In this document: piece after piece, positions 9,718 to 19,196 of the stretch
How the letters are laid out: each line of letters opens with the position of its first letter
Position numbering within the stretch: the first letter of the stretch is position 1
Assembly (NCBI GenBank): GCA_965217775.1
Contig: CBDCJH010000002.1
Location: 1,408,001 to 1,472,000 of the forward strand
Length of the DNA: 64,000 nucleotides
Direction: 5' to 3'
Source: Acidobacteriota bacterium
GTDB lineage: Bacteria; Acidobacteriota; UBA6911; RPQK01; JAJDTT01
The notes under the pieces: generated by a model
Seen by the model: only the letters and a program-made list of their open reading frames with translations
Told to the model about the DNA's origin: nothing
The model's database searches: none
Made by a program: the position numbers and the translations under genes

Positions 9718-10706
9718 GTGGCAAAGACAGGGTCCGGGTCGGCGTGGTCGGCGTTGGCGTATTGGGGAGTCACCATACCCGCATTTACAGCAGTCTCCCG
9801 GAAGTGGAGCTCGTGGGCGTGGTGGATCCGATCGGAGAAAGGCGGCGGGAGATGGCCTCCCGGTATGACTGCCGATCCTGGCCGGACCACGGTCCCCTGT
9901 TGGATCGGGTAGACGCCGTCAGCGTGGCCGTTCCCACCTCTTTCCACGCTGCCGTCGCCCTTCCGTTCCTGAAGCGGGGAATCCACGTTCTGGTGGAGAA
10001 ACCCATCGCCGAAGACCTGGAATCCGCTCGGCGCATGGTGGATGAGTCCCCAGGGACGGTTCTCCATGTGGGTCACTCCGAGCGGTTCAATCCCGCGGTG
10101 CTGGCAATACGGCCCTTCATCAAGACTCCCCGGTTCTTCGAGGTCCACCGGCTCAGCGTGCTGACGCCACGCAGTCTTGACGTGGATGTGGTTTTGGACC
10201 TGATGATTCATGATCTGGATCTCGTCACCGAGATGGTCCGGAGCCCCATCACGGAGATTCGAGCCGTGGGGATTCCGGTGCTCACCCCCCGGATCGACAT
10301 CGCCAATGCCCGTCTGGAATTCGAGGACGGATGTGTCGCCAATCTCACCTCGAGCCGGGTCTCGAAGCAGAAGATGAGAAAGTTGAGGTTCTTCCAAGCG
10401 GACGACTACATCTCCCTCGACCTGGACCGTCAGGTGGCTGAGGTTTCGAGCATGGTGGAGGTGAATGGGACCAAGCGCATCGTCAACCGGTCTCCGGAGG
10501 TGACGCGCGAAGAACCTCTCAAGATGGAGATTATGGCGTTCCTGGAGCAGGTTGCGAGGAAGCACGGCCAGGAGCGAAAAGTCCGGCGCGGATGTAGCGG
10601 AGGGGAAGGCGCCCGGGTCCTGGAGCTGGCTCTGGAGATCCTGGATCGGATGACCGTAGCCGGTCAGACAGGACCGGCGTTTTCCGTCCCGGACCACGCC
10701 GGTTGA
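9714..10706 (+). CDS. Gfo/Idh/MocA oxidoreductase, probable GnnA-like UDP-GlcNAc 3-dehydrogenase
   Basis: VGVGVLG Rossmann motif, EKP, GHSERFNP, DLMIHDLD. ATGA overlap with the lpxI stop. Confidence 0.8.
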   Translation: MSGKDRVRVGVVGVGVLGSHHTRIYSSLPEVELVGVVDPIGERRREMASRYDCRSWPDHGPLLDRVDAVSVAVPTSFHAAVALPFLKRGIHVLVEKPIAEDLESARRMVDESPGTVLHVGHSERFNPAVLAIRPFIKTPRFFEVHRLSVLTPRSLDVDVVLDLMIHDLDLVTEMVRSPITEIRAVGIPVLTPRIDIANARLEFEDGCVANLTSSRVSKQKMRKLRFFQADDYISLDLDRQVAEVSSMVEVNGTKRIVNRSPEVTREEPLKMEIMAFLEQVARKHGQERKVRRGCSGGEGARVLELALEILDRMTVAGQTGPAFSVPDHAG

Positions 10707-11698
10707 TGGGAAAGGCAAATACCGGTGGAGTGGGAAGGTTTTCGTTGAAGACGCCGTCGCCGTCCCCCGAAGATCCCCTACTGATTGCTATCGCCGGTCC
10801 AACGGCCTCCGGCAAGAGCGCGCTGGCGGTCCAGGCGGCTCTCCGGCTGGACGGGGAGATCATCAACTGCGATTCACTCCAGTTGTACCGCGAACTCCGG
10901 ATCGGCACCGGGAAACCGTCGCCCCGGGAAACCGAGTCGGTGCCCCATCATCTGTACGACTTTCTGAAACCGGACGAGATCTACAGTGCAGGGCGATATA
11001 TGGTGGAGGCCAGGAAAGTCTGTCATCAGGTCCGGGATCGGGGAAAGATTCCGTTCGTCGTGGGAGGCACCGGACTCTATCTCAGGGCTCTGCTGCAGGG
11101 AGTCTTCGATGGACCCTCCCGCTGTGAAATCCTTCGGGATCGCTTGGAGAAGATGGTGCAACGCCGCGGTCAGGAGAGATTGCATAGCCTCTTGGCCCGG
11201 AAGGACCCGGAGACGGCCCGGAAGATCGGCGTGGGGGACCGGAGGCGCCTGATACGAGCGCTGGAGGTCTACTTCCTGACAGGGACTCCCATCAGCCGGC
11301 TTCAGGAGCGCCGAACACCGATCGCCGGCTACCGCATTCTGAAGATCGGACTGAACCTGTGCCGTACGCTCCTCTTTCGCAGGATCGAATCTCGAGTCCG
11401 GGAAATGTTTCGCAGTGGCCTTCTGGACGAAGTGGATCGACTACTCGGGAACGGGTACGATGAGCGGTGCAAGGCCTTTGAGGCGTTGGGTTACCGGTAC
11501 GCCGTGCAGACCCTTCGGGGTGAGTTGAAACTGGAGGACGCCATCGAGCTGACGAGCCGGGACACCCGCCGCTACGCCAAACGGCAGATGACCTGGTTTC
11601 GCCGGGAGGACGGCATGCAGTGGATCCCGGCGCCTGGAGAGTCGGAAACGGCGTTGAAGCAGCTTCTGGAGATTGCCCGATGCAGTACGAGCCGGTAA
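10706..11698 (+). CDS. miaA: tRNA dimethylallyltransferase MiaA
   Basis: GPTASGKS, DSLQLY, VGGTGLY, TRRYAKRQMTWFR motifs. Start approximate. Confidence 0.95.
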   Translation: MGKANTGGVGRFSLKTPSPSPEDPLLIAIAGPTASGKSALAVQAALRLDGEIINCDSLQLYRELRIGTGKPSPRETESVPHHLYDFLKPDEIYSAGRYMVEARKVCHQVRDRGKIPFVVGGTGLYLRALLQGVFDGPSRCEILRDRLEKMVQRRGQERLHSLLARKDPETARKIGVGDRRRLIRALEVYFLTGTPISRLQERRTPIAGYRILKIGLNLCRTLLFRRIESRVREMFRSGLLDEVDRLLGNGYDERCKAFEALGYRYAVQTLRGELKLEDAIELTSRDTRRYAKRQMTWFRREDGMQWIPAPGESETALKQLLEIARCSTSR

Positions 11699-13137
11699 TC
11701 GGTCTCGAAGTCCACGCTCAACTGCGCACCCGGAGCAAGGTGTTCTGTGGTTGCAGCACCCGGTTCGGAGCTCCCCCGAATTCCCAGACATGTCCGGTCT
11801 GTCTGGGTCTTCCCGGCTCGCTTCCGGTGGTCAACGGGCATGCCGTGGAGATGGCGGTCACGGCCGGACTGGCCCTGGGCTGCCGCATCAATCGGCGTTC
11901 ACTTCTCGCCAGAAAGAACTATTTCTACCCTGACCTTCCCAAGGGTTACCAGATCTCCCAATATGAAGAACCCGTGGCGGTCGACGGCCGGGTACGGCTT
12001 GTGACGATGGATCGCGGGACTCCGGGGAATCGGGGAACCCTGCGCGAACTCAGCGTGGGGATCATTCGTGTCCATCTGGAAGAGGACGCCGGCAAGTCGA
12101 TTCATGCCGCGAGGCAGGACACTCAGGTCAATTTGAATCGATGCGGGGTCCCGTTGATGGAGATCGTCACCCGCCCCGACCTGAGGTCCGGCCGGGAGGC
12201 CAGAAATTTTCTGGACTACCTGAGAAGAGTCCTGCTCTATCTGGCGCTGTGTGACGGGAACATGGAGGAAGGAAGTCTCCGCTGCGATGCCAATGTCTCG
12301 GTCCGGCCATTGGGGGAGACTTCACTCGGGACCAAGACTGAAATCAAGAATCTGAACTCCTTCCGTTTTCTGAACAAGGCTCTGGACTACGAGATCCGGA
12401 GGCAGATTCGAGTCTTGGAGTCGGGGCGGCAAGTGGTTCAGGAAACGCGGCTCTGGAAAGAGGATCTGGAAGAGACCCGTCCCATGAGAAGCAAGGAAGA
12501 AGCCCATGACTACCGGTACTTTCCGGATCCCGATCTGCTTCCGGTCGTGATCTCGGCTGAGCGGCTGGACCAGCTCAGGAACAATTTGCCGGAGCTTCCG
12601 GGAGAACGCGCGCGCCGGTTCGGTTCCCAGTACGGTCTCGATCAGAGCGACGCCCTCGTGGCCACCCGGACGCCCGAGTTTGCCGATTACTTCGAAACAT
12701 CCGCAAAAAGTGCCGGCAGCGCCAAGACGGTTCTGAACTGGATGGTCGGGGATGTGACCCATCGTCTGAAGAGAGATGGGCTGGGACTCCGCGAATCTCC
12801 CGTCGAGGCCGCGGATCTCGGGGAGTTGATCCGGCTCTTGGACGACGGAGCCATCAGCGGCAAGATGGCCAAGGGCGTCTTCGATCGAATGTATGAGACG
12901 GGTAAGTCGCCGCGGACGATCGTCAGGGAACAGAACCTGTCCCAGATCAGTGACCGGAGCGAATTGGAAACCATTGTTTCCGGGATTCTGGAGTCGCATG
13001 TCGACGCCGTGGAACGTTATCGGAATGGGAAGCAGGGCCTGCTGGGATTCTTCGTGGGACAGGTGATGCGGCAGACCCGCGGGCAGGCCAACCCGAAGCT
13101 GGTCAACGAACTGCTCAGAAGGATGTTGGACCGGTGA
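11680..13137 (+). CDS. gatB: Asp/Glu-tRNA(Asn/Gln) amidotransferase subunit B
   Basis: YEPVIGLEVHAQL, RKNYFYPDLPKGYQISQ, EEGSLRCDANVS, DYRYFPDPDL motifs. Confidence 0.97.
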   Translation: MQYEPVIGLEVHAQLRTRSKVFCGCSTRFGAPPNSQTCPVCLGLPGSLPVVNGHAVEMAVTAGLALGCRINRRSLLARKNYFYPDLPKGYQISQYEEPVAVDGRVRLVTMDRGTPGNRGTLRELSVGIIRVHLEEDAGKSIHAARQDTQVNLNRCGVPLMEIVTRPDLRSGREARNFLDYLRRVLLYLALCDGNMEEGSLRCDANVSVRPLGETSLGTKTEIKNLNSFRFLNKALDYEIRRQIRVLESGRQVVQETRLWKEDLEETRPMRSKEEAHDYRYFPDPDLLPVVISAERLDQLRNNLPELPGERARRFGSQYGLDQSDALVATRTPEFADYFETSAKSAGSAKTVLNWMVGDVTHRLKRDGLGLRESPVEAADLGELIRLLDDGAISGKMAKGVFDRMYETGKSPRTIVREQNLSQISDRSELETIVSGILESHVDAVERYRNGKQGLLGFFVGQVMRQTRGQANPKLVNELLRRMLDR

Positions 13138-13538
13138 GGCGCCGCCGCGCTCGGGGTCCGACTCCGGATTCGAAACGGTTGGCCGTGATCGAGGAGATAG
13201 CCGACGATATCTACTCGGTTCAATTCGTGTTGCAGAGTCTCGGTTTCCGGACGCGGTCGTTCTCGCCCCGGTCCTCCATCGCCGATTTGATGGCCTTCGA
13301 CCCGGAATTGATCATCGTGGACATGATGATCTCCGGCGGAGGCGGATACCGCGTCATCCGTCAGATTCGCAGGGCCGGGAACTTGGCTCGGGTGCCGATC
13401 CTGGCCATCGCCGCCGCGGCCATGGAGGGAAGCGCCGAAGAAATTCTGGCCGCGGGGGGTCAGGACGTGTTGACCAAGCCCTACAACATGGCGGAACTCA
13501 AAGAAAAGCTGGGCCGTTTCGTTCCGAAGACGAAATGA
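13134..13538 (+). CDS. Single-domain response regulator (receiver), atypical
   Basis: PELIIVDMM with the phosphoacceptor Asp, KP motif, no output domain; GTGA overlap with gatB. Confidence 0.8.
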   Translation: MRRRRARGPTPDSKRLAVIEEIADDIYSVQFVLQSLGFRTRSFSPRSSIADLMAFDPELIIVDMMISGGGGYRVIRQIRRAGNLARVPILAIAAAAMEGSAEEILAAGGQDVLTKPYNMAELKEKLGRFVPKTK

Positions 13539-13615
13539 GAAGCGTCGTTTCCCAACAGCTTCTCCGCTACGTGAACGCCTCTCTTTACTGAGGATTTCGG
13601 AATCTCTCGGAAGGG

Positions 13616-13703
13616 TGGTGCCGGAGGGGAGACTCGAACTCCCACGGGCGTCTAGCCCACTGCGTCCTGAACGCAGCGCGTCTGCCAATTCCACCACTCC
13701 GGC
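13616..13703 (-). tRNA. tRNA-Leu (anticodon CAG)
   Basis: Reverse complement is GCCGGAGTGGTGGAATTGGCAGACGCGCTGCGTTCAGGACGCAG...GTTCGAGTC...CCGGCACCA. It has an anticodon stem CTGCG/CGCAG, a long variable arm and an encoded CCA. Confidence 0.95.
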
Positions 13704-13747
13704 GACCTGACGATGAGTTTACACCACAACAGGACGCGAGTGCGACC

Positions 13748-13765
13748 GTAGGGGCGACCCTCGTG
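13748..13765 (+). repeat. Left half of a GTAG-type REP palindrome split by IS insertion
   Basis: GTAGGGGCGACCCTCGTG here and CCTCGTGGTCGCCC at 18989 reconstitute GTAG-GGGCGACC-CTCGT-GGTCGCCC. Confidence 0.8.
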
Positions 13766-13856
13766 TGTACGGTATCAGGACATCGTTTACAGTTTGTATC
13801 AGGACATCCTTTACACATCAGGGTGAGAAGTAGCCTTCTTTGGGTAGGAGGTGAAG

Positions 13857-15008
13857 ATGCCCTGGAAAGTGACGAATGTGATGGATCAGAAGATCCGTTT
13901 CGTACTTCGGGCCGTGCAGCCTGGGGCCAACATGAGCGCCCTGTGTCGGGAGTTTCAGATCAGTCGGCCGACAGGTTACAAGTGGCTGAAGAGGTATCGG
14001 GAAGCCCACAGCGTGACCGGACTGGAGGAGCGCTCCCGGCGGCCCCGGCACAGTCCGGCGAGAACGGCGGCGGCGGTGGAAGCTCGGGTGGTGGAACTGC
14101 GGCGGCAATACGGGTGGGGAGGCAAGAAGCTGCAGGTGCTGCTGGAGCGCGAAGGCGTGTCCTTGAGTGTCCCGACGGTGAATCGGATTCTGCGGCGGCA
14201 GGGCGAGTTGGGGGAATACCAGGCGCAACGGCCGGCACCGCAACGATTCGAACGATCCCAGCCCAACGAGTTGTGGCAAATGGACTTCAAGGGGCCGTTT
14301 CAGGGCCCCGAAGGGCCGTGTCATCCGCTCTCGATCCTGGACGACTGCTCGCGGTATTCGGTGGGGTTGTATGGTTTGCCGACCACGCAAATGGATCCGG
14401 TGCAAACCTGTCTACGAAGGACCTTTGAGGGCTACGGAGTGCCGGAGGCCATGCTGATGGACCATGGGGCCCCTTGGTGGAGTACCAGCAATGGATGGGG
14501 GCTGACGCGATTGAGCGTGGAATTGATCAAGCAAGGGATCGACCTGATCTACGGGCGAGTCCGGCACCCGCAGACGCAGGGGAAGGTGGAACGATTTCAT
14601 CGCACTTTGAGCGACTCGGTGGCGCACCGGGGGCGACCGCAACGGTGGCAGGAGTGGGAGCGATTTCTGCAGGACTTTCGCCAGGAATACAATCAGGTTC
14701 GACCCCATGAGTCGCTGCGGATGGAGGTCCCGGCCCAACACTACCGTCGCAGTACGCGTGGCTACGATCGGGACCCGGCTCCCTGGGAGTATCCCCGGGG
14801 GCTGCAGGTGAAACGGCTCAATCGCCGGGGGTGTTTGAGCGCGGGCGGGGACCGTTACTTTGTGTGTGAGTCCTTGGCGGAGGAGTGGGTGGGCGTGGAA
14901 GAGTTGGAAGACAAGCTGCTGGTCCGCTACCGGCACCTGTACATCCGTGAAGTCCACTTGCAGACCCGGCAGACGCGAGCTCTGGTCTGGCGGGTGGGGC
15001 AGGACTGA
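13857..15008 (+). CDS. IS481-family DDE transposase
   Basis: MPWK start with GGAGG RBS, N-terminal HTH, WQMDFKG, ILDDCSRY, PQTQGKVERFHRTL, YNQVRPHESL. Confidence 0.93.
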   Translation: MPWKVTNVMDQKIRFVLRAVQPGANMSALCREFQISRPTGYKWLKRYREAHSVTGLEERSRRPRHSPARTAAAVEARVVELRRQYGWGGKKLQVLLEREGVSLSVPTVNRILRRQGELGEYQAQRPAPQRFERSQPNELWQMDFKGPFQGPEGPCHPLSILDDCSRYSVGLYGLPTTQMDPVQTCLRRTFEGYGVPEAMLMDHGAPWWSTSNGWGLTRLSVELIKQGIDLIYGRVRHPQTQGKVERFHRTLSDSVAHRGRPQRWQEWERFLQDFRQEYNQVRPHESLRMEVPAQHYRRSTRGYDRDPAPWEYPRGLQVKRLNRRGCLSAGGDRYFVCESLAEEWVGVEELEDKLLVRYRHLYIREVHLQTRQTRALVWRVGQD

Positions 15009-15724
15009 AGGGTGTGGGCGGCGCGGGAGGAGGGCACCGAAGTGGCCGTCGAGAACGGTCCCCTTCCGGTTCCTGGCGAGGCCGTTCGGGGGGGGAGCCA
15101 CAAGGAGGGGTTCGAGAGATTCGCCGAGGGGCCGGGATGGGGCTGCGGAGCGTCTGGAGGACCCGCAGGAGACGCCCGGTTGGGGAGCGACGAGAGGGGG
15201 CTGGTGCGAGACGATCGGGGACGGGGGAGGCGCCAGGCCGCGATCGCATGGCCGTGGGGAGTCCGCCGCCGGCCGGTCGGTCACTGGATCAAGCCGCCTG
15301 GGGGTCACCCGCCCGGTGTGGCCGCAGCGGATTTCCGGTTGCCGTGGGGCCAGCCGTCGGTGCTCATGGAGGTGATGGGGGACCTGAATGTCAATGGCCA
15401 CTGAACATTGCACACATCGCTGGAGACCCCGTGGCGGTCGCGGCCGCGACCGCCACGGGGTCTCCAGCGGCCGGATCTGGTCCCTTCATGCCTCCCTCCT
15501 TTCGGCTCCGGATTCCTGTGCGCCGACCGCTCGGGCGGCGGTCGGATGGATCGCCCTGGAGAGCTCGGCGTGGCGGAGCGGCCGGGGGGCCGGTTCGAAC
15601 GGGAGCGGGAATGGCGAACTGCTGGGGCATCTTGGCCGGACTCAGGTTCGTTTCACTGCCGGAGCCGAGGGCGTTCCCGTCACCGGCGACGAAGCGGCCG
15701 AGGAGGGTGGACGCGAAACGCCGT

Positions 15725-16100
15725 CCCCGGACTTCGACTTCAGCCTCCAGCGATCGATTCAGCGGGAGCCGATCGACTCGCTCGACGAGCTGGGCTTCGT
15801 GGAGCGAAGGGAGAACCTCGTCTTGCGGGGTCCGCCCGGGGTGGGCCCAACGTCTCGAGCCCTCCGCGGGGCCAACGTCCAAGACCCGGATCCGTCCGGC
15901 ACCCCTGGAGGGGGAGGAGATCGGCACCCTTAGGGTCCGCCCGAGCGGCGCGGTTCGGTTGGTCCAACGGGGGAACCGGCGTGACGAGCCGACCTCGACG
16001 GAGTTGACCTGGAACCCGGCTCTTGAGCCCTGGGGCCAGATCCTGGGAGAGCAGGTGATGGCGGTGCTGGTGAACCGGGTTCGGCCCTGCGGCCACAGCG
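15725..16100 (+). pseudogene. istB: Frameshifted IS21 IstB helper ATPase remnant
   Basis: DFDFSLQRSIQREPIDSLDELGFVERRENLVLRGPPGVG (Walker A region) in one frame and STELTWNPALEPWGQILGEQVMAVLVNRV in another; both resemble IstB. Confidence 0.7.
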
Positions 16101-16716
16101 ACCGGCGGCGCCGTGCCGCCGAGCTCTCCAAGGGGGCGCCATCCGGGCGCCCTCCGAAGATGGGGTGAAGCTCTCGCCGTCGGAGCAACCGTGTCCTGAA
16201 GGCCGTCCCTTCTCAATGGCCATGGACACGGTCCGCCCAGGGCTGCGGGAGCGGGAAGGAGGGGGGCATGACGGGACCCCGGCCGGCTACGGGGTCTCCC
16301 GCGATGGATGCCATTTTTGCGGCCGATTGACAGGGCCGGGATTCCGGCCTGTCCCCAGCGTCCGGAACCGTCACGCCGGCCGTCGGTGCGATTCGGAGCG
16401 AGCCTGGGGCGCCGGGTGCACCCGGCGCCCCAGGCTCGCTGTTGCAGACCCCCGCCGGCTCTGTTTTGCATGGACGTGATCCCGCCCTTGGCTGCAACCG
16501 GCAGCCGCCCTGCCTCCCCCTGACCGAAGCGGAATGACCACCGAGACCCACTTGAACCAGATGACCCAACCGTCCACCCAAACGCGATCCCTTCAACCTA
16601 CCGGTCCGCCCGAGCGGCGCGGTTCGGTTGGTCCAACGGGGGAACCGGCGTGACGAGCCGACCTCGACGGAGCTGACCTGGAACCCGGGTCTTGCGCCCT
16701 GGGACCAGATCCTGGG
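15934..16716 (+). repeat. 114-bp near-identical direct repeat (15934-16047 and 16603-16716)
   Basis: GGTCCGCCCGAGCGGCGCGGTTCGGTTGGTCCAACGG...CCAGATCCTGGG occurs twice with few substitutions; it corresponds to the istB 3' remnant. Confidence 0.9.
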
Positions 16717-16943
16717 GGGTGGTGGCGGCCCTTCTGGACCGAGACTTGTCCTGCGGCCACAGCGACCGGCGACGCCGCCCCGCGGAACGCTCCAGGACGA
16801 TCCATCCGACGACCGCGCGAGCGGTTCGCCCAGAGGACTCCGGACCGAGAAGGCGGGGCTCCTGCGATGTATGCAGTTCTCGATGGCCCGAAGTGTGCAA
16901 TTTTCGATGGTCATTGACACAACGGCCATGGACCAGCTGTAAA

Positions 16944-18939
16944 CCCAGATTATTCATGGGACATGTTGATAAGGGCTTCCAGCCCGGCGTTTTCTGGCGG
17001 TCGGAGCCCAGTTTCTCTCGAACCTCTGTCGATTCGACTGAATCGGCTCAAAAACAGGACGATTGAACCACTCATAAACCGTTTACCGGCCAGGGGGACC
17101 GTCATCCGCCGACAGGTTGACTTTCCGGTGAGAAATTCCCACCGTTTCGGTCCCTTCCACGGGCCCGATGCCTCCTCCGTCCACTATCCCGGCGCCCAGG
17201 ACACCCGCGCCAGACTCTTCCACAACCGCTTCCAGTCCGTCGCCCCTTGACTGATGACGAAAATCAATCGCCTCCCCTGACGCAACGCCCGAGACGCCAC
17301 TCGCAACACCCGCTCGCGAAAACGACGCAGACTCCAGCCCCGACGCGTCGCCTGCTCCATCAGCACCCGACCCAGGTGCAGGATCTCGTACCCCAGCAGA
17401 TTCAGCAGGAACAAGACTTCGTTGTGGGGTCGAACCCCGGCCTCCGTCGTCGCTTCCGGCTTGGTTCCCGGCTTCAGCGGTTTGCCCCGATAGTGCGTCT
17501 TGGGCCGGCTCGCGGAGGACAAGGCCGGATCGAACACGTCCATCAACTCCCCCATGTGCCCTTCCGCCTTCCCCCGCTTGCGATACTTTGCCAGCAACGC
17601 TTCCGCCTCATAACGCTTCCGGCTCAGGCTCGTCAGCAACCAGAAATGATCCGGATACAACTCCCCCGGTCGCTCCCGCACCACCAGCACCACCCGGCGC
17701 GCCCGATCCCAACTCTCCGCCTGGTAGGTCAGATCATGGAACCAGAGCCTCGGCGGTGCTTTCGGGGATCGCCCCGCTGGTTGGGTCAAGTAGGGCTTCG
17801 CCATCCGGTTCAGGACCTCATTCTTGCGGATTCGAGCGATATAGGGCACGCTTCTCGACTCCAGCCCCTGCAGCAGCCCCGGCTCCGGGAACCCCGCATC
17901 CATCCGCACGATCATCGAGCCGCACAGACGCCCCCGACAGCGGTCCACCACCCGGAGCGTCAACTTCAGCGCCTTCTTCCCCAGGTAGCTGGCTCCCGGA
18001 AAAATCTCCCCGTCGATCAGGTCCCCCGTCTCGGCACAACTCGCCACCAACCCGTGGTACATCCGCTGGCGATAGTATCCGTTCCATTCGCTTCCCGGGG
18101 GATGCCCATGGACCTCCACCGGGAGACCGTCCACGTCCAGGTACATCGTCTTTTTCCGTCTCTTCTTCCGTGGGGTCTTTTTCCCCCGTTTTCGCCGCCG
18201 GCCTGCGATCATCTCGATCCGACGGCACGCCAGCTCCGTCACCGCCTGGTGCAGGACCGGAAGGTTCTCCTCCCGGCTGAGTGTGTCCAGCAGTCGGGAC
18301 AAGGTCGGCTGCGACGCCAGCCCCTGGCCCTCCTCCAAGGCCGCCGTGCCCCGACGGGTCTGGCTCGCCACCCGCAAGCTCGGATCGTGACGCAGGCGGT
18401 CGGCGTCGGACTGGTCGCGCCAGCCCTGCCCCAACAGCAGGAGTCGAGTCCGCAGCAGATCCGACAGCGGATAGCGGATCGAACTCGGGTGTCGCGGATC
18501 GTGCAACCGCTCGGTCAACCAGTCGATGAGGCCGCTACGATCCATCATCTCCCGCTGCACCAGGGCTCCCGTGTCCGCACTGAGCAACTCGGGGGGGGTC
18601 TGGAGGCGGAGGGATCGGTTGAATGAGGGCCGGATCTGCGGTATCGTCTCAGGCATGGCGTGCTCCGTTCTTTGTTGTTGTTTCTTAGCACTATAATCAT
18701 ACCACAAATGACGGGCACGCCGCCTCTTTTTGCCGCCCATGGAAGGGGAGAAAACCTTGGAAATGCGAGGGTTTCGGACCCCTCTGAACCCAAAGATTAA
18801 GGCGGAGTCGAAAACCACGATAGCGTTTCACCCACGGCGGCTCTCGACCTTTTTCTGTGGGTATCCCGTAACCCTCTGATCCGACTCGACATGGCGGGAA
18901 CGCTTTCCCATTTTATGTTTGCGTGATGAATAATCTGGG
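16944..18939 (-). mobile_element. IS1380-family insertion sequence
   Basis: Perfect 14-bp IR CCCAGATTATTCAT / ATGAATAATCTGGG, with 5-bp target duplication GTAAA (16939-16943, 18940-18944). Confidence 0.9.
17184..18656 (-). CDS. IS1380-family transposase
   Basis: LSADTGAL, DADRLRHDP, LASQPTLSRL, LDVD, VRMDAGF, YRKRGKAE motifs typical of IS1380 transposases. Confidence 0.9.
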   Translation of the reverse strand: MPETIPQIRPSFNRSLRLQTPPELLSADTGALVQREMMDRSGLIDWLTERLHDPRHPSSIRYPLSDLLRTRLLLLGQGWRDQSDADRLRHDPSLRVASQTRRGTAALEEGQGLASQPTLSRLLDTLSREENLPVLHQAVTELACRRIEMIAGRRRKRGKKTPRKKRRKKTMYLDVDGLPVEVHGHPPGSEWNGYYRQRMYHGLVASCAETGDLIDGEIFPGASYLGKKALKLTLRVVDRCRGRLCGSMIVRMDAGFPEPGLLQGLESRSVPYIARIRKNEVLNRMAKPYLTQPAGRSPKAPPRLWFHDLTYQAESWDRARRVVLVVRERPGELYPDHFWLLTSLSRKRYEAEALLAKYRKRGKAEGHMGELMDVFDPALSSASRPKTHYRGKPLKPGTKPEATTEAGVRPHNEVLFLLNLLGYEILHLGRVLMEQATRRGWSLRRFRERVLRVASRALRQGRRLIFVISQGATDWKRLWKSLARVSWAPG

Positions 18940-18988
18940 GTAAAGGATGTCCTGATACAACTTGTAAAGGATGTCTTGATACCAAACA

Positions 18989-19058
18989 CCTCGTGGTCGC
19001 CCTCCCCGGGGCCGATCGGTGAGGGCCGACGGCAGGCACCCACAAGGGGTGCCCCTAC
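18989..19058. repeat. Right half of the interrupted REP plus an inverted partner REP
   Basis: CCTCGTGGTCGCCC, then GGCACCCACAAGGGGTGCCCCTAC (reverse complement GTAGGGGCACCCCTTGTGGGTGCC). Confidence 0.75.
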
Positions 19059-19196
19059 GTCGCGATCATCGTTCACACCTGCTTCCGCTGTTCTCCCGAA
19101 CCCCCGGAAAAATGAGGATGGTCCCGCAGTGGGAGGTTTGTTTTATCAGGGGTGGTAGGTTAGACTTTGCGGCGTCGAATTGAAGGGAAATCCCAA

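Larger units (their letters stand above)
15389..16919. mobile_element. Degenerate non-autonomous IS21-family mosaic
   Basis: Inverted ends TGTCAATGGCCACTGAACATTGCACAC and (reverse complement) TGTCAATGACCATCGAAAATTGCACAC, plus a third end-like sequence finishing at 16332. Internal istB fragments; no istA and no target duplication seen. Confidence 0.7.
13766..18988 (+). mobile_element. IS481-family element, expanded to 5.2 kb by nested insertions
   Basis: TGT...ACA ends. IRL TGTACGGTATCAGGACATC matches IRR (reverse complement TGTTTGGTATCAAGACATC), and each end has a repeated internal motif. Flanked by the 7-bp direct repeat CCTCGTG (13759-13765, 18989-18995). Confidence 0.88.

Noticed and set aside
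11680-13137. gatB without gatA/gatC, and amtB without glnK, as anomalies
   Set aside because: Dispersed arrangements of these genes are common, and the partners may lie outside the window.
15012-16957. Numerous Arg/Gly/Pro-rich ORFs inside the IS region
   Set aside because: Low-complexity translations of degenerate IS DNA; only short IstB-like pieces are recognisable.
13616-18988. tRNA-anchored integrative island or prophage
   Set aside because: No integrase and no duplicated tRNA 3' end. The elements lie on the 5' side of the tRNA and are explained by IS insertions.
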